From Fimbriosthenelais zetlandica (lineage: Eukaryota): 64,000 nt of DNA. Below are positions 44,766-56,790 of this stretch, piece after piece. Position 1 is the stretch's first letter. The number at the start of each line of letters is the position of its first letter. The position numbers and the translations under genes were made by a program. The notes under the pieces were generated by a model, which saw nothing but the letters and a program-made list of their open reading frames with translations, was not told where the DNA came from and did not search any database. The stretch spans positions 4,092,001-4,156,000 of the forward strand of contig OZ365115.1 in NCBI GenBank assembly GCA_977030845.1, written 5' to 3'.

Positions 44766-46206
44766 AAGCGTAGAAGATTACGTTGAAAAAAACTAACTAA
44801 AACTCATACCCGCCGGTTCTCTTAGTATATATATTATCACTTGACACAGTGTACATTTTTCTGTGATATATCTCATTAGGCCAAACAACTAAATACATTT
44901 ATTTCAGATCACACGAATAACATGATTTTGGGTCGGTCGGTCAACATAAGTTATGCATATTATAAGTTAATGTTTTTTGCCTTAAGATATGAATGAGTTT
45001 AGTCGTAAATTTTGAAAGTTGATGAACCCTCATATTATTATAAAATTAAAATTAACATATATATGTGCATTTATTGAGAAATTTATGCATAATTATGAAA
45101 TTGAAGACAAACTGAATATAAAGTGGTTGATTACTTCCTGAGGGTATTGGGACATGTTTCTTGGTTATTTATACTTTTGTGTGAAAATCCAGATTCAAAG
45201 TGTCGTTCATTAAACGAGAAAGTGCCAATCTTTGCTGCCAAGGACTGCGGGGTCAAATCAAAGGTAGAACAACAAGAATACTATGCTGTGGTAACACTAT
45301 TCACCAAAAATGTGACTTGGATCATTCTGCTCGTGGATGTATCATATGTAAAATTACACCTGACGATTAGTGAATCATTAATGGTCGGTATGAGATGCTG
45401 TGTTATGGATTGAGGTTGTATGTAGGAGCCTGCGGCACATGGCCATATGGCACAATCTAAGTGAATTGTTCTACACTACCTGTAGGTAGGAGCCTGGGGC
45501 TCAAGCCTTATTAGCACATGCTTAATGACACTGTTTAACACTGCCTCTCCTCCTATAAACATGGTTCTTCTACATACTTTGTGCCAAAGTCTTGCCTAAC
45601 CATGGGAGTCAGACGGAACTATTTGTTATGATCGCAAATTTATGGATTATTTGTTATCTATTTTATCCGTGTGATCATTACAATGTTATGTCATGTCCCA
45701 GCTCGACCATCTTCAAAATATTGATATAATCGGTTCAGAAAATATATTTACGAAACCTTATTTTGATAAACATTATACATGAATGTATAGAATGAATTAT
45801 AATTTTACACATGTTTGAAGTAACTAGTTTGAAGACAATCGTAGATTGCTCAAGTCCTGCTGCGAGTAGGTCGTCATGAGATAATAACCGAATGAATGGT
45901 AAATTTACTGACAATTGTTACTTGTATCATCAGTACCCAAACATGTATCATGATGTAAATAATATCAAACATGTAGTTCTAATTGGTTAATGGTAATATT
46001 TGTCAAAGGATATCATACACCCTATGTGTATACATGTAACTTGTCAGAGGTCTTTATACACAAACTTGTCACAGAGAGATTTCCTCTTGACGTTTTTTCT
46101 AAAATGTAGCAAACTAAGGCTTAAAATGTATAATCTTTCCTACCTGACTCATGTACCGTCCCTCCCAGATCTATTGGGACATACCAATTTTGTACTTTAA
46201 TGTTAT

Positions 46207-46346
46207 TTAAGGTCCATCTATGGATGACGTTACATATTGGGGGTTGGGTTTTTTTAAGTGACGCGTAATGTTAAAGAAACCTCGGACAAGTGAGGGGGCG
46301 TTCAAAATGACAAAAAAGTTTGACATCATTATGGATAGTCCCTTAA
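46207..46346. mobile_element. ~140-bp MITE with imperfect TIRs (PIF/Harbinger-like appearance)
   Basis: TTAAGGTCCATCTATGGATGACGT versus GACATCATTATGGATAGTCCCTTAA: imperfect inverted repeats bounded by TAA/TTAA. Confidence 0.5.
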
Positions 46347-46557
46347 TACTGAATATTAAGAGATGGGACAAGGTGCAGGGGCCATATGTTGTTATATATA
46401 TTGTGAGAAAATCTAACGTGGATTGTATATCATTTGTCTGATATGACTCCGAATCAGGGTTTACAGGGTTGTAGTGCTGTATTTTTGGCAGTAGTTTTAT
46501 GCGATATATATTCATGATTTAATGAGTGAATATGTTGATTTCATTCTATTCATTTAT

Positions 46558-46696
46558 NNNNNNNNNNNNNNNNNNNNNNNNNNNNNNNNNNNNNNNNNNN
46601 NNNNNNNNNNNNNNNNNNNNNNNNNNNNNNNNNNNNNNNNNNNNNNNNNNNNNNNNNNNNNNNNNNNNNNNNNNNNNNNNNNNNNNNNNNNNNNNN
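46558..46696. other. Assembly gap (139 N)
   Basis: Run of N. Confidence 1.
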
Positions 46697-46879
46697 TCCA
46701 CCTCTCAGATACCGGTCCAGTACCCTTCTCCCCCTCAGTGAAGCTGAATGACTGATTGTTTAATTGAATGATTGATCTATAAGTTATTCAGTGAGCCATC
46801 TTTGAAGTTTGTTATTATTTCTCAGATGTCTTGGCTCTCAGCTAATGAAGCATAGCGTTTATGATTCTCTCTATCCAGC

Positions 46880-47070
46880 TCCCCTATAGAACCAATCTCT
46901 CTCTCTCTCTCCATCCCCAATCGATGTCTCGTTCTCACCCCTCTGCTCCCATCTCCCTGCCCTCCCTTTATTTCAGATAATCCACTCCGTTTCTGCCTCT
47001 TTTCTCTCGTCGCTCCCCTCCCTCCCTTCCCCCCTTCCCCTTTCTGCCAATCTTCCCTCATTTTGTCTTC
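46880..47070. repeat. CT-rich low-complexity tract
   Basis: (CT)n and polypyrimidine runs. A similar tract lies at about 1015-1070. Confidence 0.8.
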
Positions 47071-49188
47071 CTTAATGCACATCAATAATAATTATAATTT
47101 ATGTTCACCATGTCAAAGGTCACCACTCTGTGACGTTCATACATATATTAATGGGATGAATAAATGGTGATTAGTAACTTAGTATAAATGAATATATAAT
47201 TGATAAAATGGTTTATGTTAATCGCAAATGTTAGGTAATGGTGTGATTGTATGGCGAATCTAGTTCATGGATTATCCACTAGAGGGGGCTTGAGTGCATA
47301 CAAGAAGCAAACTAACCTTTGCTTGAACCTATGTTTTTATAAGTTCTGCTCAACTTTTCGTGTGTGTTTTAATTTGACAGATTTCACGTTAAAGACACGC
47401 GAAAATAAAAGTGTGTTGGACCAAAATCGGACCAAAATTTTCAAACACCCCACGAAATTAATGTCATTAACAAAATGTATGATTATACTGTATACTTTCA
47501 TAATGTTTCAATTTATATTCTCGTGTTATTAATTTTGACTGAACAACCTTCTTACATGTGCCATTGTGCCTGATTGTGCCTACATGTATACATACTAATG
47601 TAATGTACACATGCATTTGATAATTTATGATTATGTAAAATATCCTTTTGATAATTTTGTCACATCCCCACGATTCTTTAGTATTTGTAATGTATCCTGA
47701 AAAGTGCTTTGCTGAGATTTTAATGAAAATGTAATTTATTTTTATATATGTATAATTAATGACATATAATGAATAGATAGAGGTCTCAGAGAACAATGAC
47801 GTTCCTGACGATATATTCTCAGAGAAGACTGAGTTGGAGATGTTCCAGCTGTGAACGCTATAATTTTAAGCAGAACTAGCCTAATCAAAATTTAAATATG
47901 AAATGTCAAAAGTGCCTTTCTGCCCCCTTAGTTTATCGTTTCTGTCATTAATATTCACCAGAATGAATTGAATAATTAATATGACTCACAATTTTCACGT
48001 TATGGAGATGTGGACATTGTTTTTCTCCAATCACATTCCATTGTTTCAAAATAAAAGGTTACATTTAACATTATGTCCTTGACCATAGTCAGTGATATTA
48101 ATTACATTTACAGGAGCCAGTTTGTGATATGGAAATGGATTTTATGATTGTACGGTTGTTTAACGTCACTTTCAACAATTGTTCAGTTCTATCATGACGG
48201 TGCCTAATTATGAGAGTGAGCCCTATGCTTTTTTATAGTGTTACCTGAAGCGCTAAATGGGTCAGTACGACATTTAGTGAAAACATCACATATGGTGAGG
48301 CAACCAGTGATTCACATGTACCACCGATGTCAACTGTGTGGAGAGGAGAAATGAACAAGTGGAAGGTTATGAGGAATGAGTTATGACAGCTAAGTCAGAA
48401 ACACAAATGTTCCTTAAATTTTGCCTTTATTTTAAATAATCGTAATTTCGATTCTAATTTCATGTGAGAAGTAGTGCACCGCTTCATTTTGGTAGCACCG
48501 TGATTGATATAAAAGTGAACCATGCAGTTCTAATATGCAAATATGGAAATTACTCCAGGTAATTAAGGTGTCATTTTGTAGGTTTTGGGGTTCCTTGGCT
48601 TGGTTGAGAGACTGTATATAGTCTTTGGGAACAGATAAGTGAGACACCACGAAGCGTGGAAAGCTGCGAACCTGAAACTCGTGACCTAGTACAACCATAA
48701 ACTAACTATTAAAATACCATACTTCGTTTACAAATTATACAAAATACATCATACATTCAGACTGGCGTATCTTACATGTATATTGAACAGGGCTGATTGA
48801 ATTGTTACATAAACGCGGGGAAATGTGGTTAATAATTGTGTCATTATTGCACAATGCGTGTATTATAAGCAAGGTTTAAGGAGGGGGTGATTGTCATCTT
48901 GACCGAGTGAACTGTGTATATATTATAAGGTAAAACTTTTAATGCCTCGGTGATGATACCATTCAGTGTAGCTTGACTTGGGCGAAACCTGATTATACCT
49001 GACGCCATCGCCCTGGAGAAATAAGCTTCCTCAGATTTATCATTAGGTTTTGGTCACCGAAAAGGAAATTCTTGAAGCCAGATATTCATGGTAGGATTTT
49101 CAGAAGAGTGCAATGTCTTTACCTGAATTTAAGGAGATCGGAGGCCAATTTAAGTGAAGGAAAAGGTGTTCCAGTCCACTCCGTCACG

Positions 49189-52100
49189 ATGGGGGCTTGG
49201 TGGAAATTGTTCCTTGTGGTAAACCACATTGTCATCAACAGTACACCTCACCTCCTGGCCACAGACGTTCTGGTAATAGTGTTATAATTGTAATACCAAC
49301 TTAATTTTCATTATTATAACCGATATAAAAAAATGTTTATTATAAAATCTAATTGTTATATATAATAGTTATTGAAAAAGGCCCTTTGTCGCCCATAACA
49401 GGGCCCATTTTCACAGAGAAATTCATTATTTGAATCTAGTTTTCACCTTTAAACATAATATTTCTGCTCCACACCCTTCATTCCTCTTCCCTTTCAACTT
49501 ATGAAACCATTTTCTGATGTTAGTTAGGCCCTATGTGTTTGATGTGGAGAAATTAATAACATTAAATTAAATTAATAATAATTTAGTAACATTCATTGGC
49601 ATTGTATACATTTTATGTTGTTTACATTTTTAGGTAAAGGATGATGGATTTCGTCATAAGAGATCTGTTCCCACGGGAAAATGCTGGAGTAAGTCCATGT
49701 AATATTATGTATGTAGGGCCTAATAGTCTGTCCAAACTATAGCAAATTCAAATTAGTAGTTCAAATTAGGCATTCACTGTGCATTTAAATTACATAGCTT
49801 CTTAACCTAATAATATCCAGACAATATTCTGCTGACTATTTTTTTTAACTTGTTAACTAACTGTTATTTTTAACAGGTCGAGATGATTTACTTTCAAGTT
49901 TAGACACACGACGGTATCATTATGATGGCAATTACAAGCGTCTCTACCTTGTACAAATATGCTGGGGTCAGAGTGTCTCTGAGACAGCCCCCAACGACCA
50001 AGTTTCAGGATGTCCATATGGTGTATGTACTTTCGCATGTTTCTCTTACAACTTCAATAGGCAGGGCAATGAAATTTGTACCTGCTCATCCAGCATAAAT
50101 AATAAATACCTCTACCCCTTAAAAACAAAATACAACCCCGCTATAATCATGAACGTTTCTTAATAGGTAAGTGAGTGCTTCTTCGGCAGTGAAGTGGAGA
50201 TAATTGCCTGCGGCTGTAAAGTATGGAGTACCTTTGTACCTGGGATTAACTCTTACTATAATAAATGCACCGAAATATTATTCAACGCCCCAGAATGGAG
50301 AAACGAAGAAGCTTCGAGACTGGCAAACGAATGTCGCCCACCTCTAGGCGACCATTACATTCCTAATACACTCAATGTCAAAGGTTAGTTAGTAAATATA
50401 ATTCATATGACCAAATTTTAATGGTTAAAATTGTACTTCACTTAAGATACCTTGAGTTAAGTTGGTTCAAGCTGGTAGACAGCGAGTAAACTAAGAACCT
50501 AAAAGACGTTAATATGCTTGTCACATTCTGTTTATGAAGTAATTGTTTTTCCATTTAGATGAAGATTATTGTAGTTCGGGCCGAAACCAGTGTAGTCCTG
50601 GCAGATCAGTATGTCGTCCGATCTATGGAAACTATGAGTGTGCCTGCACAGATGACTATGTGGATACATATGGCAGTAACGATGGAAGCAACCCTCCCAG
50701 GAGAGGGATTGATTGCAGAAAAGAAGGTAATACTGATGTTCATGACTGTATAGTAACAAGGACTGGTTTCAGAGTATGATGAACTTTAGCTTGATCAAAG
50801 ACACGAATATAATATAATATATATTATATTAGTATCTTTGGTATGATGTAACAGAGGGTTTCTGGACATCAGTTTTTAGCCCTTAATTGCACAGTCTACT
50901 ATGGCCTTGTACGTCTCCCTGGAAGTGCTCTTCTCTTGAACGCTGACACGTCAGAACCCCACATGCATTACGCACTTTTTGAGAAGATATCCAACATTTT
51001 ATTCATGTATTTAAGGGGCCTTTACAGCTGTCAGGGAGTTAAGAATTGGACAGAAGTCATCATATGTCATATGCCTTGATTATCTTTATATCTGATTTTG
51101 TGATAATAATAACATTACTTTTTATACAGAATCTGACACTGATGATAAACCATTGATTGAGGCTTTATGGGTTCGCATCTTGATTGGATTATCCGTCTTG
51201 GTTGTGCTTCTTGTATTCCTCTTCTGTGTATGCTCATCACACTGCTCGAGGTGTGTTCAGAAAATACATCACCTCTTATACAAAGACGGTTAGTGATTGC
51301 TAATTAACAATTAGATTGCTAATTTCCATTTACGACTATGTCTCCATATTGGTAGATGTCTATGTAATTTTAACCATTTTAAATTACAGACCAAGCTTAT
51401 GTAATCGCTGAGGAATTGCAAAAACTGATTGGGCTCTTACCAGAAATCAAGGTGAATATTCAGTAGAAAGACCACTTTCGAGTCAAACAATTGGATAGCC
51501 CTTTCATTCACCCTCGGGGCATACATCACCCATCTAATGTCGAGGTCAGTTCTATCTATACCCTTAACATTTCTTATGGTTGTAGGTAAAGAAATTCAAG
51601 AACTGGGCCTCGACTCAGGTGGTGAAGGGAGCGTTGACAGTTCGACCACGATCAGTGGAGGAAGTCCAGGCTGTGGTCATTGCTGCGGGCAAGCTGGGTC
51701 TGGAAGTACGAGCCACCGGAGAAAAACACTCATGGACACCCATGTTCCATTCTGATGTGAGGAGAGGGATCATCATGTACGTAGGAAACATTGAGAGGCC
51801 CTGTGGTGCACCAAGGATCGAACTCAGTCAGGTAAGACATTTCTATAGTCAGGTTCCTGCAACTGCCTCCAAGCTCTGCATTCTGCTTCTAGAGTGCGTG
51901 TTAAATCGCTTTTTTCCCCGAATCTTTTCAGGTACAGGTTTGCATTTCGTCCCCAAAATAAGAAAAGGAATGAAATTGTGCCTTTATGTAACATACTGTA
52001 CTGTACTTGACTAGAATTGTTCAGACTATGTTGTTTGAATTTCAGGATGCAACCGGGACGTACGTCACCTTTGCACCAGCAGTAACAACTGGTGAATTTA

Positions 52101-55100
52101 TGCAGTTTCAGCTGAATCACGGTGTCATCATTCCAGCTAATGTCGTCCTCCGAGAGGTCACTATGGGAGGTGTCATAGCCGGAGCTTGTCATGTAAGGCT
52201 TTATAATACACCTCCGCATTTTCTCTGCTAGGAGCTTGATGAGCATGTCAATAATTTCTTGAAATGGCCTTGTATTCTAAGTCAGAGCCAATTTGGACAT
52301 TTAGAAACAATTGCATTTTTATAAGTCTGCTTGGCGTAAAAATTAAGCTGAAAATTTTAGAATGCTCGTGCCCTCAGCAATGTGCATCACAGGTCATTTT
52401 TTTAAGGTCAGAGAAACTGGCACTCACTATTCACAGATTCAGTGTTTTGACAATCCATCTGCCGAGATGTGCCCGAGTCTAGTTTGATAAGATCTTTATT
52501 TTCATACAGGGAGTAGGACGTGATGTGCAGACTGTGTCAGACAGTGTGGTAGGGATGAGAGTGGTTGATGGTCATGGTGTACTGAGGACATACTCCATGC
52601 AGCAAGATCCAGACATGATGCGAGCATTACAATGTAACCTTGGCTTGTGGGGCATCATGACTGAAATCACTATCAAGGTATACACACCCTAATTCAATTT
52701 TATATTCCTGGCGGATAGTGTCGTGGGAGGCTGCTGTAAATGCTGTCTCGTGAATTTCTACTATATACATGTACCCAAAGACCTGTTTAGACAATCTAAC
52801 AAGCTTTGCACAATCTTTCTGTAAAAAAATATTTTTCTCCTATAGGTTGAGCCAATGCGAATAGTCCATACACAAAACCTTTTCTTCAAAGTCAGGGATA
52901 TCTTCTATAACAAAGAGAACTTGAAAAACATCGTCAATGGGAACTGGTCTGTGGAAATGTTCTGGTTCCCATTTACTGGCATTTCCAAATGGGAGGCAGT
53001 GGAGGCACTTGTACAGAAACGCATTGATGACGGAGAGTGGGATCCTCTGGAAGATGTGGTCTATGTCAGACTTGTCAACAACGCTGTGTCCACAGAGATG
53101 CTCGCAGGTGACCAGGTGTATGATGCAATAAACATGAATGATCTGAGGACTGTCCAACTCTATGACAAGGTCAATGAGTTTTTGGCTAAATATCCCCATG
53201 TGGCTCCTTTCTTCTTGCAGAGTCAGGTAGGAAATATAATTATCTGAAAATTGAGAAATATTACTGCAACCTATATAGGCCTATACGGTACATATATATA
53301 TATATATAGGTTACATTATACAATTATGCTGGCAAATGCCTTACATCTATTTTGTCGTACTGTATGCATTTCCATCCCACCACATCTTGTTAAATTCAGT
53401 ATCCATGATCTAGAGCCTGGTAGCCCAGATTTTTGTTCCACCTCGTAATGCTATTTAGTGAATAGACCACTTAGGATCAGCCCGAGACTTGTCTAGCCTG
53501 TTAATTAATATTCTCGAGACGGTACTTTATTTATTTATCATTACACAGCTGTCAACTTTAAAGAGCATCTATGATGGACACCTCACCCAGCATTTACCAC
53601 ATGCTATCCACTTTAGGGACTATATTGAGAGTGTGCCTTTGAACTGCATGGAATGGGCCTTCAGCGTTGATCAGGATTTTAACAATATTTGTTATGCCTC
53701 TCAGGTTGGTAAAGCCCTAGTTTTTTTACACTCGATTAAAAGCTCATGAGTAAAATAATGTGATAATTTGTACATTGTTGCAAGAGTTGGTTAACCCAGC
53801 TTGTCTATAGCATCTTGATAGTTCAACATTTTCCGTCTGATTCACAAAAAGTTTGGTTTGCATTTATTTATTTGAACATAATCATGATGACAACATTAAT
53901 TTTGCAGAGAACAGTGGAGCTGGTCTACGCCGAGGCTAGACAGGGGCGTTTTCCTGTAAACTTGGCGTTGGATATGCGATTTGTTGCTGACAGCAATGCT
54001 TACCTTGCCCCAGCAGTCTGTGGAAACAGAAAATATGGTGGAACAGGTTTGTATATTAATTGTAGTCGTCATGCCTTTTTCTGGCATGCCGGATAAGCCT
54101 CACACTAACACAAGCCTCACACATATAAATTTATTTAGCCAATTTATGTATATTTGTCATAGAGCGAGGCTAAAACCCAGATAGGCCTCTGGTTGGTAAA
54201 TAATCAGTTGGGCCAGTATACATGTAATTCGAATTTGCAGTGTTTTAATTGTTCTTTCAGGATTGACATGCTATATTGAAATACTGACGTCTCAAGGCAC
54301 CCCAGGCTGGGAAGATTTTTGTACCATGGTCTACTATGTGTGGCGGGATCTACATGGTGCCAAGCCTCACTGGTGCAAAATGTGGTCATTCCTCCCAGAT
54401 ATTGACAACTTCATTAGACAGGTAGGCCTAAACCTCATGTATTGACATTAATTTTTTAATAACCTTAATGATTGCAGCATAAGAATCACCTTAAAAAAAC
54501 TTATGATGTTATGATGCAACTTCTGACCACCCTGATAACCGTGTCGACCCTTAAGCGGGTGATCCACTTTGGCGAAAATGGCCCGCCAATGTGCGCTAAG
54601 CCCCGCTAATGTGCGCTAACCTACCCCGCCAAGGCCCGCCCGACCTCCCCCCGCCAATGTGGATCAGCTACCCCCGCCGAGCCCCAACGTTCCATTGTGC
54701 GCTAAGCCCCGCGAGCCCTTCGCGGGATTATCTAGCATGTTTGATATTTTCGCATTGGCGGGGTATTGGCGGGGTAAAAAACAGTGCGCTAATGTGGATC
54801 AACCCAAGAGCGCTGTAGCGCCACCATTGTCATAGATACAAAATCATTCTTGGCGGGACCACTTACTAAAATGCCCCGCTAATGTGGATCAGTCATTGGC
54901 GGGTCTTGGCAGTCGTCGTAAGGACCGGCAAAACCCGCCAGGAAAACTCCACTAACAAACCGCCAGGTTTTAGCGGGCTAAACCGCTCAAGTGGATCCAC
55001 CGCTTTACGCCAGTATCAGGAAGGCTCGTAACAATCATGGGACTCGTAAGCACTTGAAGAATGGGATAAGCACTCGGGAAACCTTATGAGACGTTACTAT

Positions 55101-55636
55101 AACAACCATGAGGTTACGCCAAAATTAATAGATAATCTAATCAAAACGATAGGGCCGTAAGTGTTGCTAAAGACGGGACTCCACTGCTGCGACAGTGCTT
55201 GCGACACTACTGCGACAAAGGTGATGCTTGTGAAGTTGTGTAAGAATAAAATTTCTAAATTGTGATTCAAGTGTCTAAGGCCTTAAGGCCGTCCTCCAAT
55301 GGTAGGCTAAATTTATCATTGAAACACAAGCATCACCTTTGTCGCAGACGTGTCGCAAGCAAAATCGCAGCAGTGGAGTCCTGGCTTAAGATTCAAATCT
55401 TGAAATAATTGATCAACCTCTAAGTGTTTGGATATCTTTGCATGCAGACATACAGATATCAGCTTCCCAAGTTCCTGGCAGCTCTAGAGAGGTCGGGTGC
55501 AGACCCGCATGGCATGTTCCTTCCCAGTTGTCTGGAGAAGATTTTCTACCCCCATGGTCATCCAGGCAAACACCGTCACCAACAAAACACTGGAATGCTC
55601 CTGGAAATGAAGGATGATTCAAATGTATATTATTAA
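49189..55636 (+). CDS. EGF-domain single-pass membrane protein fused to a cytoplasmic L-gulonolactone-oxidase-family (FAD_binding_4 + ALO-type) oxidase, ~825 aa, 15 coding exons
   Basis: Exons 49189-49272, 49634-49688, 49877-50022, 50167-50383, 50559-50726 (EGF, phase 1-1), 51130-51288 (TM), 51390-51451, 51586-51831, 52046-52192, 52510-52677, 52846-53226, 53549-53704, 53908-54046, 54261-54421, 55448-55636. All GT-AG, phases consistent, 2478 nt. Oxidase motifs: FKNWA, PRSVEEVQ, VRATGEKHSW, TMGGVIAGACHG, CNLGLWGI, KPHWCK, DPHGMF. Confidence 0.82.
54531..55020. mobile_element. ~490-bp GC-rich intronic element with short TIRs and internal repeats
   Basis: CCTGATA...TATCAGG termini, subterminal GATCCACTT/AAGTGGATC, and repeated AATGTGCGCTAA / AATGTGGATC / CCGCCA motifs. 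Composition differs sharply from the host intron. Confidence 0.5.
55167..55389. mobile_element. Palindromic MITE-like element, copy 3 (intronic)
   Basis: GGGACTCCACTGCTGCGA...TCGCAGCAGTGGAGTCCTGGCTTAA, same family as 260 and 4387. It ends about 60 bp upstream of the last oxidase exon. Confidence 0.75.
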
Positions 55637-56488
55637 TGAATGTGACCTGGCTATCAAAACTGTTATGGCACTTTCATACTAAAGCATGACAAGACAGCGA
55701 CAATACCAATACTTATCACACAATTGTGTCTTTTTCATATTCTTCTTTCCATTTTACTATTATAATCTCAAAACATAGTTGTTACTACGTCTTGTTGGTT
55801 CTTTTAAATATGAAAGATCGATCCTGAACTTACAATGTCTGACTTTTTGACTGACTAATATAAGTATTGTATTTTTGTGGTGAATCATCTCAGAAAATAT
55901 TACCCAAGAATTGATATTAATGTGGTTTTATCTTTGGTCATGGACACAGAACTTATAAACTGCTTTAGCACAATAATTATTAATATTAAAAGTGCAAGTA
56001 ATATTAACCATAAATGGCCGTTTTAACGGTTGCCAATTCTTAAATAGGTGATCGCGTGAGAACTGCTGAAGATACCAAACATTTTTTAAATGTTTACAAT
56101 TCACAATGTTATCGTAGGTGTCTGAATATTATAATTTAGAAGGATTTTTTTCTACATATCATTATGGTTGTGACTTTTAATTTATTCCTGTTTTTTAAAA
56201 CATTATTTACCAAATCGTAGACGGAATTTGGCTTGACATTTTATTTTACTGTCTGGTAAAATTTAGTAAAAACAATGAACACCTTGTTTAAGACCATGTC
56301 TGGAAATAAAATGGATTTCCCAACTTTTGGAAGTTAAAATATCCTTGAGTTTACGCTTACACTAATTCTAAATCATCAAAACTGTATCAGAATGAATTAA
56401 CTTCGCTCTAAACCTCCCTAAACTTTGTGCAGAATTTTCGAGTACTGCTAAGCCGTATAAATGTGTAGTGATCCAGGGAGAAGCAAAA

Positions 56489-56558
56489 AGCAAGACGTGG
56501 AATCGAACCAAGGACCCTCACGTTCCAGGCCAGCGTCTTACCTCTAGACTACGAAGCT
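56489..56558 (-). pseudogene. tRNA-like gene/pseudogene with GGA anticodon loop (left copy)
   Basis: Reverse complement AGCTTCGTAGTCTAGAGGTAAGACGCTGGCCTGGAACGTGAGGGTCCTTGGTTCGATTCCACGTCTTGCT: A box, loop CTGGAAC, B box GTTCGATT, followed by TTTTT. Acceptor stem poorly paired. Confidence 0.55.
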
Positions 56559-56790
56559 CACACATTCTCTGATGCTCTCAGGTTACTTCATTACACCCTG
56601 CCCAGGCCAGGCTGAATCACATAATGTTTATAATTATTTTGGACCCCCGGACCCCTCCCCCTCCCCCAACTTCCACCCCACCCCGCATGTCTACCCCTAG
56701 CACTACTACCAACCTCCTCTAAAAACACCAGCGCCACTCGAAACGGCTAACATGTCAAAATCCGTTAATATCGCCCACTATGTAGGTACT

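Noticed and set aside
46522-46755. ORFs spanning the N run
   Set aside because: Artefacts of the assembly gap.
48154-48200. GTTTAACGTCACTTTCAACAATT...TCAGTT.TATCATGACGG, resembling a common lophotrochozoan SINE tail
   Set aside because: Only ~45 bp recognisable from memory, with no head or boundaries visible.
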